A stretch of DNA of 64,000 nt from Hypanus sabinus (Eukaryota). Where the stretch lies: NCBI RefSeq assembly GCF_030144855.1, contig NC_082739.1, forward strand, positions 23,002,001 through 23,066,000, given 5' to 3'. Of the stretch, positions 63,726 to 64,000 are shown in pieces. Under the pieces are notes generated by a model. It ran no database searches and was not told where the DNA came from. It worked only from the letters and a program-made list of their open reading frames with translations. Positions within the stretch are counted from its first letter, which is position 1. Each line of letters opens with the position of its first letter. The translations under genes were made by a program, and so were the position numbers.

Positions 63726-63757
<32 letters not shown>
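63726..63757. repeat. (AT)n microsatellite
   Basis: Directly visible. Confidence 0.95.
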
Positions 63758-63759
<2 letters not shown>

Positions 63760-64000
63760 CTAGTGTTTGTTTTCACAATGCATGAGCTTCTTTGATGGAG
63801 GATTAATTGTTGAGGAAATTGAAATGGGTGCTTTTCGAATTGGCTGAAATTAAGTTGGCTCAGTCCAACCAAATTGCCTGCTGTACTGTTGCCAGAGAAT
63901 ATCCACATGTTGCTTTTGGCACTGGTACGAATTCTGAATGATTCGGTACTCTGCCGCAGAATGGTCAGTAATTGAGTGGTTGACTCCCCTTTAATTATTC

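Noticed and set aside
61607-64000. Transmembrane exon (exon 16 equivalent)
   Set aside because: No GLSTGAIVGI-like frame found; it must lie beyond the window.
1-64000. CRISPR array or prokaryotic operon-type system
   Set aside because: Eukaryotic intron-exon DNA; the recurring motifs are dispersed TE copies, not regularly spaced repeats.

Overview
Vertebrate genomic DNA. The repeat content (HE1-type SINEs, CR1, Rex1/Babar, Penelope, Tc1, hAT) suggests a cartilaginous fish, probably a ray (inference). The window holds the 3' part of an NCAM1 gene on the + strand. Four constitutive fibronectin type III exons (2172-2342, 6714-6848, 50599-50723, 56210-56390) splice in frame to the GPI-signal terminal exon of the NCAM-120 type (stop at 61606), followed by a largely TE-free 3'UTR with several AATAAA signals. 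The ~43.7 kb intron between the two FN3 domains appears to hide frame-preserving microexons that the ORF track cannot show: 18 nt (11275-11292), 27/24 nt (18112-18138), 42 nt (34138-34179) and a 3-nt AAG exon (41886-41888). It may also hold a stop-containing SEC-like exon (41018-41079). Together these match the layout of the amniote muscle-specific-domain/AAG cassette but with a divergent peptide. The rest is mostly decayed transposons, including Penelope-derived repeats with minimal hammerhead ribozyme motifs (one apparently intact at 58376-58413, minus strand). Nearly all ORFs in the supplied track are TE fragments or chance ORFs. Exon numbers follow mammalian convention from memory, and TE boundaries are approximate unless a TSD or TIR is quoted.
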